DNA of 40,921 nucleotides from Candidatus Magasanikbacteria bacterium RIFOXYC2_FULL_40_16 (GCA_001783185.1 MFQY01000042.1:553-41473); one strand, 5' to 3'. Shown: positions 17,781 through 26,925, counted from the first letter of the stretch. Numbers and translations: made by a program. Notes: generated by a model from the sequence alone, not told the origin.

Positions 17781-18221
17781 GTTATAAATTTACATACAAT
17801 TAAACCTGCCCACGGGTCAAGGAAAAGAAGTAAAAGAGTTGGCCGTGGCAATGCCTCTCAAAAAGGGACTACTGCCGGACGCGGTATGAAAGGTCAGAAA
17901 GCCCGTTCAGGCGGAAAAAAAGGTTTGGCGGTTAAGGGTTTTAAGAAATCATTTCAAAAAGTACCTAAGGTGCGTGGTTTTAGAAGTCAAAAACCGAAAA
18001 AACAAACTGTAACTTTATCAATTTTGGAAAGAATCGCAAAAAATGGCGATGTGGTGACCCCTAGATATTTAAACAAAAAGGGTGTAATAGATAATTCACA
18101 GAGCGGGGTAAAAGTGGTGGCCACAGGCGAATTAAAGAAAAAAATTACTTTAAGCGGTTGTGTTGCCAGCAAAAAAGCGGTTGAAGCTATTGAAAAAGCC
18201 GGTGGAAAACTAGAGTTTTAG
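17778..18221 (+). CDS. rplO: 50S ribosomal protein L15
   Basis: KRVGRG, TAGRGMKGQKARSG, AIEKAGG. Confidence 0.96.
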   Translation: MVINLHTIKPAHGSRKRSKRVGRGNASQKGTTAGRGMKGQKARSGGKKGLAVKGFKKSFQKVPKVRGFRSQKPKKQTVTLSILERIAKNGDVVTPRYLNKKGVIDNSQSGVKVVATGELKKKITLSGCVASKKAVEAIEKAGGKLEF

Positions 18222-18247
18222 GTTTTGGCTATTAAATAATTTATCTT

Positions 18248-18334
18248 GGTGATTAAGGTTGTGTTAAACCAACGAGATCCCTCGTTCGGTCGTTTCACTC
18301 CCGACCACTCGGGATGACAAATTTAAAAGGTATG
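18248..18334 (+). repeat. Leader repeat copy 6 (before secY)
   Basis: ACCAACGAGATCCCTCGTTCGGTCGTTTCACTCCCGACCACTCGGGATGACAAATTTAAAAGGT-ATG. Confidence 0.9.
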
Positions 18335-19600
18335 TGGGAAAAATTAAGAAAAATTTGGAATGTAAAAAGTTTAAGAAATAGCATACTATATGTACTTGGT
18401 ATGCTTATTATTTTTCGTTTGGTGGCGCATATCCCGATGCCGGGAATTGATCGGGAAGCATTAAGCGGATTTTTAGCGGGGAATCAAATTCTTGGTCTTT
18501 TAAATGTGTTTTCCGGCGGGACGATTGAGAATTTTTCTTTAGTAATGATGGGTATTGCTCCATACATCACATCTTCCATTATATTTCAGTTGTTGACAAT
18601 GGTGGTGCCGAGTTTGGAGGAATTATCAAAAGAAGGTGAGTCAGGACAGCAAAAAATAAACATGTATACCCGTATAACGACTGTGCCATTGGCGCTTTTG
18701 CAAGCTTATGGTTTTATAAAATTATTGAATAACTCGCAACAGGGTATGTTGGGTGATTTGACAACGGTCAGATTGGCGTCAATGATGTTGTTTGTCACCG
18801 CGGGTACAATATTTTTGATGTGGATCGGCGAATTAATTACAGAAAAGAAAATCGGTAATGGAATCTCGTTGCTTATCTTTGCCGGTATAGTTGCTTCATT
18901 GCCAACAGCGATAAGAAATGCGGTTGTAAATTACAATCCGTCTGATTTGACGACCTATTTGTTGTTTGCGGGAATTGCGGTTGCGACAATAATTGGAGTT
19001 GTTATTATAAATGAAGGACAAAGAAATATTCCAATCAGTTATGCCAAACAGGTTCGTGTTGGGCAAGGCGGGGCGAAAAGTCATTTGCCGCTTCGCGTTA
19101 ATATGGCCGGAGTTATTCCGATTATCTTTGCCATTTCAATCGTTTTATTTCCTTCAATGGTGGCGCAATTTTTTGCCGGTAATCAGGGATGGTTGGGAAG
19201 AGTGGCGATTAGCACAATAAATTTGTTTCAGAATCAATTATTTTACGGAATGATTTATTTCTTATTGGTATTTGGTTTTACATATTTTTATACGGCGGTT
19301 ATTTTCAATCCGGAAAAGATCGCGGAAAATCTACAAAGACAAGGTGGTTTTATACCGGGTATTCGCCCGGGAAAACAGACGGAAGAATATTTACAAAAAA
19401 CAATGACCCGTTTGGTATTTGTTGGCGCTTTATTTTTAGGCGCGATTGCGGTTCTCCCGCTTCTTATGCAGTTGGTGACGAATTCTCAGGCGTTGGTGTT
19501 TGGCGGCACGAGCCTTTTGATCGTAGTAAGTGTGGCAATAGAGACAACCAAACAAATTGATTCTCAGCTTACGGTTCATGAATACGACGGAATTAAATAA
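18332..19600 (+). CDS. secY: Preprotein translocase subunit SecY
   Basis: MGIAPYITSSII, WIGELIT, GNGISLLIFAGI, AGVIPIIFA, FIPGIRPG, GGTSLLIVV. Confidence 0.98.
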   Translation: MWEKLRKIWNVKSLRNSILYVLGMLIIFRLVAHIPMPGIDREALSGFLAGNQILGLLNVFSGGTIENFSLVMMGIAPYITSSIIFQLLTMVVPSLEELSKEGESGQQKINMYTRITTVPLALLQAYGFIKLLNNSQQGMLGDLTTVRLASMMLFVTAGTIFLMWIGELITEKKIGNGISLLIFAGIVASLPTAIRNAVVNYNPSDLTTYLLFAGIAVATIIGVVIINEGQRNIPISYAKQVRVGQGGAKSHLPLRVNMAGVIPIIFAISIVLFPSMVAQFFAGNQGWLGRVAISTINLFQNQLFYGMIYFLLVFGFTYFYTAVIFNPEKIAENLQRQGGFIPGIRPGKQTEEYLQKTMTRLVFVGALFLGAIAVLPLLMQLVTNSQALVFGGTSLLIVVSVAIETTKQIDSQLTVHEYDGIK

Positions 19601-19611
19601 TTTTGAATAAT

Positions 19612-19648
19612 AAAACGCTCCGTTCTTCAAAAAACGGGGTGTTTTTTT
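19612..19648 (+). terminator. Intrinsic terminator after secY
   Basis: AAAACGCTCCGTT / AACGGGGTGTTTT stem followed by T-run. Confidence 0.7.
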
Positions 19649-19737
19649 GCTCAAAAAGGGTACTAAACCTGATTTGCCAAAAAGAATATTACTTGCTATT
19701 ATATTTATAGTTAATTTAGTTATAATTGTCATATATT

Positions 19738-20019
19738 ATGGGCTTTTTTTCTTCCCCTTCCGACAAGTATTCTCAAGAACTTAAACACTTGCCAGTTGAG
19801 GATTTTAAAAGAATTTTTCGTGGTTTGAAAACAAAATCTTTATCTCAAGATGAGGAAGATTTGGCGCATAGAGAATTGGAAAAACATATAACAAACGATG
19901 GAAAAATATCCATGCGCAATGTGTATAACACGATACATAGTTTGAAAAATAAGAAGATGATAAGCTTGAACGACGAGGAGGATTTAATGGGAGCGTTTGA
20001 AGATTATTTTAACAAATAA
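19738..20019 (+). CDS. Hypothetical protein (93 aa)
   Basis: ORF fills the secY-adk gap; TATAAT at 19721 upstream. Confidence 0.6.
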   Translation: MGFFSSPSDKYSQELKHLPVEDFKRIFRGLKTKSLSQDEEDLAHRELEKHITNDGKISMRNVYNTIHSLKNKKMISLNDEEDLMGAFEDYFNK

Positions 20020-20020
20020 T

Positions 20021-20614
20021 ATGAAAAAAGTGATTATTTTAATGGGAGTTCCGGGAAGTGGAAAAGGAACCCAGGCGGAATTATTGGCGAAAAAATTCGG
20101 CTATGGCCATATTTCTACCGGCAATCTTTTAAGGAAACTCGCCACCGATCCGGAAGCTGATCGGGAAGATAAAGAAAAATTGGAAGAGATGAAAGCGGGG
20201 AGATTGGTTGATAATGAATTGATTTATAAATTGGCATTTGCGGAAATGGAGAAGTTTTTTTTATTGAATAAGGGCGTAATTTTAGACGGAGCCATAAGGA
20301 CGATTGAACAGGCGGAAAGATTCCAAAGATTTTTTGAAGAGAAGGGGATGAATGATGATATGGTCGTGATTGATGTGAATATATCCGATGATGTCAGTTT
20401 GGAAAGGTTGATGCACAGGAAAGAAACTTCAACCGCGATGCGAGCTGATGACAATTTGGAGATTATGAGAAAAAGAATTCAGGAGCAGGGGAATGAGGCT
20501 ATCAAACCGATTTTATATTTTTATGAAAGTTTAAAATTATTAAGGAGAGCGCATGGCGAGAGATCGATTGAAGACGTGCAGGAAAGCATTGTGAAAATTT
20601 TGGAAGAATTTTAG
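20021..20614 (+). CDS. adk: Adenylate kinase (short, LID-less type)
   Basis: GVPGSGKGTQ, HISTG, ILDG, RADD; lies before map. Confidence 0.88.
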   Translation: MKKVIILMGVPGSGKGTQAELLAKKFGYGHISTGNLLRKLATDPEADREDKEKLEEMKAGRLVDNELIYKLAFAEMEKFFLLNKGVILDGAIRTIEQAERFQRFFEEKGMNDDMVVIDVNISDDVSLERLMHRKETSTAMRADDNLEIMRKRIQEQGNEAIKPILYFYESLKLLRRAHGERSIEDVQESIVKILEEF

Positions 20615-20637
20615 GTGTTATATTTTTATCGCGGACT

Positions 20638-21462
20638 ATGTATATCAAAAAAGATGAAGAAATAAAAAAGATAATTGAAGGGGGCAAAATTATCGGGAGT
20701 ATTTTGGAAGAGCTGTCAAAAATGGTAAAGCCCGGCATTAGTGCGTTGGAAATAGATATACAAGCTGAAAAATTAATTATAAAAGCGGGGGGGAAGCCCG
20801 CTTTTAAAGGTTATAAATCGCATCCGAAAGACTTGCCGTTTCCGACGACGATTTGCGCTTCTCTTAATGAGGAAATCGTTCACGGCATTGCGACCAAGCA
20901 AAAGATTTTGAAAGAAGGCGATATTTTTAGTATTGATATTGGGATGGAATGGCCGGTTGGCAAGATACAAGATACAAACAACAAGAAACAGAAGGGTTAC
21001 TTTACTGATACGGCAGTGACAGTAATTGTGGGAAACGTCCCGGAGAAGGTTAAACAGTTATTGAATGTAACAAAAAATGCCTTGGAGATCGGAATAGAAC
21101 AATGCCAGGCTGGTAATAATATTTCTGATATTGGCAAGGCGATTGAGAATTATGTAAAACCGTTTGGCTACGGTATTGTCCGCGATTTGGTCGGCCACGG
21201 CGTCGGTCATGCGGTCCATGAAGAACCGCGCGTACCTAATTTTTATGATAAAGAAGTGGAGTCTTGGAGGCTTGAACCGGGAGTGGTAATCGCGATTGAG
21301 CCGATGATTACTTTGGGAGGACATGAAATAAAAACCGCCGAAGATGGCTGGAGCATATCTACCGCTGACAACAGTTTAAGCGCCCATTTTGAGCATACGG
21401 TTATTATCACGGAAAATGGACCGATAGTGGCGACACGCCGGCCGAGCGAAATAAATAATTAA
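20638..21462 (+). CDS. map: Methionine aminopeptidase type I
   Basis: SLNEEIVHG, DIG..GYFTD, GHGVGHAVHEEP, IEPMI, SAHFEHT. Confidence 0.97.
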   Translation: MYIKKDEEIKKIIEGGKIIGSILEELSKMVKPGISALEIDIQAEKLIIKAGGKPAFKGYKSHPKDLPFPTTICASLNEEIVHGIATKQKILKEGDIFSIDIGMEWPVGKIQDTNNKKQKGYFTDTAVTVIVGNVPEKVKQLLNVTKNALEIGIEQCQAGNNISDIGKAIENYVKPFGYGIVRDLVGHGVGHAVHEEPRVPNFYDKEVESWRLEPGVVIAIEPMITLGGHEIKTAEDGWSISTADNSLSAHFEHTVIITENGPIVATRRPSEINN

Positions 21463-21490
21463 TCAATCTACTGGCTAAGAACTATTGGCT

Positions 21491-21856
21491 ATGAACTATT
21501 TAGGTATCGATTACGGCAAAAAGCGCATTGGTTTAGCCTGGGTCCAAGAAGGTTTGGATGTAGTTTTGCCATTTGGGGTGGTAAAAGATATTGATGAACT
21601 GGCTAAACTGATTAAAAAAGAAAAAATTGATAAAATAGTTGTTGGTCTGCCAATCGGATTGGATGGAAAAGAAAATGAAAACACAAGGCGGGTAAAAAAG
21701 TTTGCCGATGAATTAAAAAATAAAATTAATTTACCGATCGAGTTTGAAGATGAGAGGTTTTCTTCAAGACAGGCCGATAGTATGGGCGGGGATGTCAGTC
21801 GTGATGAAAAAGCGGCGATGGTTATTCTTTCCAGTTATCTGGAAAGAATAGGATAA
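21491..21856 (+). CDS. ruvX: RuvX/YqgF family RNase H-like nuclease
   Basis: LGIDYGKKRIGLA, VVGLP, DERFSS, DEKAAMVIL. Confidence 0.92.
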   Translation: MNYLGIDYGKKRIGLAWVQEGLDVVLPFGVVKDIDELAKLIKKEKIDKIVVGLPIGLDGKENENTRRVKKFADELKNKINLPIEFEDERFSSRQADSMGGDVSRDEKAAMVILSSYLERIG

Positions 21857-22010
21857 AGTATTTAGTATTTGGTATTAAGTATGTAATTGCGGTTAATATT
21901 TTTTAGATTAAATAAGAACTTGAATGTTTTGGTTTAAAAACAATTAATAAATAACATGAATCAATTCAAAATATACTTGATACTTTATACTTAATACAAA
22001 ATACTGGCTT

Positions 22011-22778
22011 ATGGAATCAATCGTGCTGGCGCGGCGGGATTTCAGGGAGTTTGATCAGATTATAACGCTTTATACAAAAGAGCGGGGTAAGATAGAACTT
22101 CTCGCGCGCGGGGTAAAAAAAATGGAAAGTAAAAATTCGGCTCATTTGGAGCCGTTTTCTTACTTGTTCGCGGAAGCGATTGAAGGTAAGGAAATTGATC
22201 ATTTGACGAGAGCTGTACCCATCAATTTTTTCGCTAAGATTAGGCAAAATTTAGACAAAAGTTTGGCTACTGGATTTATTGCGTCTTTTTTGGAAAAAAA
22301 TACGGAGGTGAATCAACCCGATAAAAATGTTTATGAAATATTTTTAAGCTGGCTTAAGTTCGCGGAAAAAACCGAGAAATTTAATTTTATTTTAGTGGAC
22401 GCGTTTGTGATAAATTTATTTTCCGCGCTGGGATTTTATCCGATACTTGAGCATTGCGTCGTTTGCGAGAAAGAATACAAGGAATTGATAAAAGAAAATT
22501 TATTGAATAAAAAAAGCCTTGGTTTTTATTTTGCCGGCGGGGGAATAATTTGTCCGGTTTGCCGTGATAAAAAAGATTACGCGGGCGAACAGATTATAAA
22601 TTGCGGTTTAAAAGAAATCAGCAATCTGCAAGTTTTGTTAAAAAATAATTGGCAATTGATAAATGAATTTGATATGGAAAAATCGGAGCAGACTAAACTT
22701 CATAAATTGATTTACGAATTTGTTTTATTTCATTGCGAGAAGAAAGTTAGTGATTGGGGCTTAACATTAAAGCATTAA
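22011..22778 (+). CDS. recO: DNA repair protein RecO
   Basis: EFDQIITLYT..GKI...ARG OB fold; CVVC...CPVC Zn motif. Confidence 0.9.
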   Translation: MESIVLARRDFREFDQIITLYTKERGKIELLARGVKKMESKNSAHLEPFSYLFAEAIEGKEIDHLTRAVPINFFAKIRQNLDKSLATGFIASFLEKNTEVNQPDKNVYEIFLSWLKFAEKTEKFNFILVDAFVINLFSALGFYPILEHCVVCEKEYKELIKENLLNKKSLGFYFAGGGIICPVCRDKKDYAGEQIINCGLKEISNLQVLLKNNWQLINEFDMEKSEQTKLHKLIYEFVLFHCEKKVSDWGLTLKH

Positions 22779-22899
22779 AACATAAAAACATTAAAACATA
22801 TTTTTGCTAAATAGGTTCTTGTCAAGCGTCTAGAAAAGTGGTATTGTTGTAATAATTCAAAATAAATACTTAATACATAATACTAAATACTTAATACTT

Positions 22900-24189
22900 A
22901 TGCTCATAAAAGACATCTCAAAATACGCGGGTCAAGAGTTTGAAGTCAAGGGCTGGTTATATAATAAGCGGTCATCCGGTTCAATCGCTTTTTTGGAATT
23001 GCGCGATGGTTCTGGCTTTGTCCAAGCTGTAGTAGTAAAGGCTGGCGTTGGCGAGGAGACCTGGGCTAACGCGGAAAAATTGACCCAAGAGTCATCTTTG
23101 ATTGTAAAAGGTAAAGTAAGTAAACATCCTAAACAAGAAGGCGTGTTTGAATTGCAGGTTTCTGATATTCAGGTGGCACAGATTGCAGAAGAATATCCAA
23201 TCACTAAAAAAGAACACGGCCCGGATTTTTTATTGGATAATCGTCATCTTTGGTTGCGTAGTAAAAAACAATGGGCGATTCAGCGCGTCCGCGATATTGT
23301 GATTTCCGCAATTTATGATTATTTTCACGAGAAAAGTTTTATTAAAATTGATACACCGATTATTACTCCCAATGCTTGCGAGGGAGCGACGACTTTGTTT
23401 GGGATTCAATATTTTGATGAGGGTGAGGTATTTTTATCGCAATCCGGCCAATTATATTTGGAAGCGGCAGTTATGTCCGTTGGTAGAGGGTTTGATTTTG
23501 GACCGACTTTCCGTGCGGAGAAGAGCAAGACTAAACGCCATTTGACTGAATTTTGGATGATGGATGCCGAGGCCGCTTTTGTGGAGCATAATGAAAATAT
23601 GGACATACAAGAAGGAATGATTAAGTTTATTATAAAAAGATGTTTGGAAAAGTGCCAAGAAGAGTTGACTATTTTAGAAAGAAATCAGGAACCGTTGAAA
23701 AAGTTATTGAATTTGCCGTTTGTCCGTTTGACTTACAGCGAGGCGATGGAAAAACTTCATTCTTTAGGTTCGGATATTAAGTTCGGCGAGGATTTGGGCA
23801 ACGATGATGAGGGGCTTTTGACGCAGAATTCGGATGTGCCGGTATTTATTCATAAATGGCCGAAAAGCATTAAACCGTTTTATATGAAGCGTGATTCGGC
23901 TAATCCGGATTTGGTTTTGAATGATGATTTGATCGGGATTGAAGGGGCGGGAGAGATAATCGGCGGATCACAGCGCGAGGATGATTACGAAGTTTTGAAA
24001 GCGGAGATTGAAAAAGAGGGTTTGAAAGGTCCGGAATATCAATGGTATCTTGATTTACGCAAATATGGTTCAGTTCCGCATTCCGGGTTTGGATTAGGAT
24101 TGGAGAGAACAGTTGGTTGGATGTGCGGAGCGCAACATATTCGTGAAACGATTCCGTTTCCGAGATTGATAAATAGGGTCAGACCGTGA
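22900..24189 (+). CDS. asnS: Asparagine--tRNA ligase
   Basis: FLELRDGSG, RHLWLRS, LSQSGQLYLE, FRAEKSKTKRHLTEFWM, DLRKYGSVPHSGFGLG. Confidence 0.96.
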   Translation: MLIKDISKYAGQEFEVKGWLYNKRSSGSIAFLELRDGSGFVQAVVVKAGVGEETWANAEKLTQESSLIVKGKVSKHPKQEGVFELQVSDIQVAQIAEEYPITKKEHGPDFLLDNRHLWLRSKKQWAIQRVRDIVISAIYDYFHEKSFIKIDTPIITPNACEGATTLFGIQYFDEGEVFLSQSGQLYLEAAVMSVGRGFDFGPTFRAEKSKTKRHLTEFWMMDAEAAFVEHNENMDIQEGMIKFIIKRCLEKCQEELTILERNQEPLKKLLNLPFVRLTYSEAMEKLHSLGSDIKFGEDLGNDDEGLLTQNSDVPVFIHKWPKSIKPFYMKRDSANPDLVLNDDLIGIEGAGEIIGGSQREDDYEVLKAEIEKEGLKGPEYQWYLDLRKYGSVPHSGFGLGLERTVGWMCGAQHIRETIPFPRLINRVRP

Positions 24190-24220
24190 TCATAAAAACA
24201 TTAAAACATTAAAATAAACG

Positions 24221-24284
24221 CTCCCCCTATAAGGGGGAGTTGGAGGGGGTCTGGACCCCACCTAGCCTCCCCTGTTAGGGGAGG
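24221..24284. repeat. REP-like doublet (two inverted CTCCCCCT-N3-AGGGGGAG units)
   Basis: 24221-24251 and 24254-24283 are near reverse complements, each self-palindromic. Confidence 0.7.
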
Positions 24285-24302
24285 AAATATTAAAGTAATT
24301 AT

Positions 24303-24338
24303 AAAACCCGCCAAAGCGTAACGCTGAAGCGGGTTTTT
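24303..24338. terminator. Bidirectional terminator between asnS and the pentapeptide gene
   Basis: AAAACCCGC...GCGGGTTTTT with inner AGCG/CGCT stem. Confidence 0.7.
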
Positions 24339-24413
24339 GGTTGGCCGGGAATGGCCATTCCTCCTTTATTATCTTGGCTTGTAGCCGGCGGCAACCGCGT
24401 CCATGTGACGACC

Positions 24414-24941
24414 TTAATCAAGGTAGGCATTTTCCAAGTTTAATGCCTCTGAAAGCTGTTTGGCGTTGACGAATTTGATTTTCCTAAGATCAGTATGGTA
24501 GAGAGTTGCTCCACAGAAATCTGCTCCCACAGCGGTCGCTTCTGCTAAGCAGGCCTCTTCCAGGTTGGCATGGCTGAGAATTGTTTTGGAAAGGGTTGCT
24601 CTTTTTAGATTTGCCCCCCTCAAGATGGCGCCTTCCAGATTAGCCCCGCTAAGAATTGCTCCTTGAAGTTTCGCTTTTACCAGCCTTGCGTTCTTAAGAT
24701 TAGCCCCGTTAATGTCCGCGCCCCGAAGGTCGGCCTCATCAAGATTGGCTTCCTCAAGATTGGCTTGCGCCAGGATGGCTCCGGTGAAGTCCATGTTTTG
24801 GAGGTCCATTCTTGAGAGGTCAAAGCCTCTTAGGTTCGCCCGTATGAGCTTCGCGTTGTAAAGTCCGGTCAGCCCCTCTTTTGATGTGATGACCGTAATC
24901 CCCATTTCTTTTAGTTTTTTCTCTGTTTCTTCGCGGTTCAT
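24414..24941 (-). CDS. Pentapeptide repeat protein
   Basis: Tandem A(N/D/I)LxG repeats (ANLEE ANLDE ADLRG ADING ANLKN); AAGGAG SD upstream. Confidence 0.92.
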   Translation of the reverse strand: MNREETEKKLKEMGITVITSKEGLTGLYNAKLIRANLRGFDLSRMDLQNMDFTGAILAQANLEEANLDEADLRGADINGANLKNARLVKAKLQGAILSGANLEGAILRGANLKRATLSKTILSHANLEEACLAEATAVGADFCGATLYHTDLRKIKFVNAKQLSEALNLENAYLD

Positions 24942-24989
24942 CGGTTACGTCTCCTTTTTTGCTCGAGCCATTTTGCTAAAGACAACTCA

Positions 24990-25040
24990 AAATTAACACT
25001 TTTTATCGCGGTTGTCAAGCAGTCTATTGTATGTTAAAAT
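24990..25040. promoter_or_regulatory. Back-to-back promoters sharing TTGTCAA (aspS on +, pentapeptide gene on -)
   Basis: + TTGTCA(25012)-17-TAAAAT; - TTGACA(25018-25013)-17-TAATTT. Confidence 0.45.
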
Positions 25041-25136
25041 AAGCTTTATAAAAGCCTAAAAAGCTTATCGGCTTGCAAAGCCGACGAGGTTATTTGCCTT
25101 GTAAGCTTTTTAAGCCTTGTAAGCTTTTTAAGCCTT

Positions 25137-26918
25137 ATGTACAGAACACACACTTGCGGAGAATTGACCGCAAAAAACAAAGGGGAAGTAACTTTATCCG
25201 GTTGGGTTCATAAGCGCCGTGATTTGGGCGGGGTTATTTTTGTTGATTTACGCGACCGCTACGGCATTACTCAAGTCGTATTTCACCCCGATAAGGTGAG
25301 TAATTTTTCCGTGGTTGAAGGTTTAAAATATGAATATATTATCAAAGTGACCGGCAAAGTAGTTAAGCGCGGAAAAAAATCAATGAATAAAGAATTGCCG
25401 ACCGGCGAAATAGAAGTTATGGCTAAAGAAATTGAAGTATTAAGCCAGGCTAAACCGATGCCTTTTGAAATTTTTGATGCGCACAAACAAGAGGAGGATG
25501 AAGATTTACGTTTGAAATACAGGTTTTTGGAAATTCGCCGGGAGAAATTAAAAAATACTTTGTTGTTTCGCGCCAGAATGCTCAAGGTAATCCGCGATTT
25601 TATGGATAGCCATAATTTTGTTGAATTAGCCACCCCGATTTTAACCGTGTCATCACCGGAAGGGGCGAGAGATTTTTTGGTGCCGAGCCGGTTGCACCCG
25701 GGTAAATTTTACGCCTTGCCACAGGCTCCGCAACAATACAAACAGCTTTTGATGGTGGGTGGAATGGACAGATATTATCAAATCGCGCCTTGTATGCGCG
25801 ATGAAGATCCGCGCGCCGACCGCAGTCCGGGCGAGTTTTATCAGCTTGACACAGAAACAAGTTTTTTGACCTCGGATGAATTTTTTGAGTTGATGGAACC
25901 GCTTTTTGTTGAACTGACGGAATTTGCCGGCAAGAAAATCAAAGAACAGCCTTTCCCCAGAGTTCCATATAAAGAGATAATGGAAACCTACGGTAGCGAC
26001 CGGCCGGATTTGAGATATGATTTAAAAATTAAAGATGCCAGTGAGTGGGCGAAACAAACCGGATTTAAGGTTTTTAATGAGGCAAAGTTTGTGCGCGCTT
26101 TGACAATACCGGACGGAGCCAAATTTACCCGCAAAGAAATTGATGATGAATTTACTGATGTCGCTAAACGCGCCCACGCCAAAGGCTTGGCTTGGATGAA
26201 GTTTGTTGAAGGAAAATTTGACGGAACAATCGTAAAGTTTTTTTCCGAACAAGAGTTAAAATCTTTACAAGGCTTGTTAAGCCCTGAAGAGGGAAGTATA
26301 GTATTTTTTTCCGCCGGTGATTGGAGTGTTTCCTGCACTTCGTTGGGAGCTGTTCGCTCTCTTGCCGCCAAAAAATTAAATTTAGCTGATAAAGATTTGA
26401 TTGCTTGGGCATGGGTGGTTGATTTTCCCATGTATGAAAAAAGAGAAGAAAATGGAGAGATTTCCACCAAAGGCGGACCAGCCTCTGGCTGGGATTTCGG
26501 GCATAATCCTTTCTCTATGCCGAAAGGAGGCAAAGAAGCCTTAGATGGAAAAGATCCGTTGGAAATTTTAGCTGATCAATATGATATTATTGCCAATGGT
26601 TTGGAAATATCTTCCGGCGCGGTCAGAAATAAAGACCCGGAAATAATGTATAAAGCTTTTAAGATTGCCGGGTATGACAAAAAAGCCGTTGACGCGAAAT
26701 TCGGACATATGATAAAAGCTTTTGAGTATGGCGCCCCCCCCCACTGTGGTTTTGCCCCGGGGATTGAACGTCTGGTTATGCTTTTGACAAACGAAGATAA
26801 TATTCGCAATGTGGTGCCTTTTCCTAAGAACCAAAAAGCGGAAGAGCCGATGATGGGTAGTCCATCTGATGTGAGTATTGAACAACTTAAGGAACTAAGT
26901 ATAAAGTTGGATTTGTAG
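25137..26918 (+). CDS. aspS: Aspartate--tRNA ligase (likely discriminating)
   Basis: MYRTHTCGEL, RRDLGG (Leu rather than the His typical of non-discriminating enzymes), PEGARDFLVP, FYALPQAPQ, GAD insert, YGAPPHCG. Confidence 0.96.
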   Translation: MYRTHTCGELTAKNKGEVTLSGWVHKRRDLGGVIFVDLRDRYGITQVVFHPDKVSNFSVVEGLKYEYIIKVTGKVVKRGKKSMNKELPTGEIEVMAKEIEVLSQAKPMPFEIFDAHKQEEDEDLRLKYRFLEIRREKLKNTLLFRARMLKVIRDFMDSHNFVELATPILTVSSPEGARDFLVPSRLHPGKFYALPQAPQQYKQLLMVGGMDRYYQIAPCMRDEDPRADRSPGEFYQLDTETSFLTSDEFFELMEPLFVELTEFAGKKIKEQPFPRVPYKEIMETYGSDRPDLRYDLKIKDASEWAKQTGFKVFNEAKFVRALTIPDGAKFTRKEIDDEFTDVAKRAHAKGLAWMKFVEGKFDGTIVKFFSEQELKSLQGLLSPEEGSIVFFSAGDWSVSCTSLGAVRSLAAKKLNLADKDLIAWAWVVDFPMYEKREENGEISTKGGPASGWDFGHNPFSMPKGGKEALDGKDPLEILADQYDIIANGLEISSGAVRNKDPEIMYKAFKIAGYDKKAVDAKFGHMIKAFEYGAPPHCGFAPGIERLVMLLTNEDNIRNVVPFPKNQKAEEPMMGSPSDVSIEQLKELSIKLDL

Positions 26919-26925
26919 AATTTTT

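Noticed and set aside
9731-18334. Leader repeats as a CRISPR array
   Set aside because: Copies are separated by whole genes rather than 30-40 bp spacers, are degenerate, and no cas genes are present
24299-24367. AGGAGG followed by ATG on the minus strand after the pentapeptide gene
   Set aside because: SD-ATG spacing is about 1 nt and the 19-codon ORF runs through a terminator
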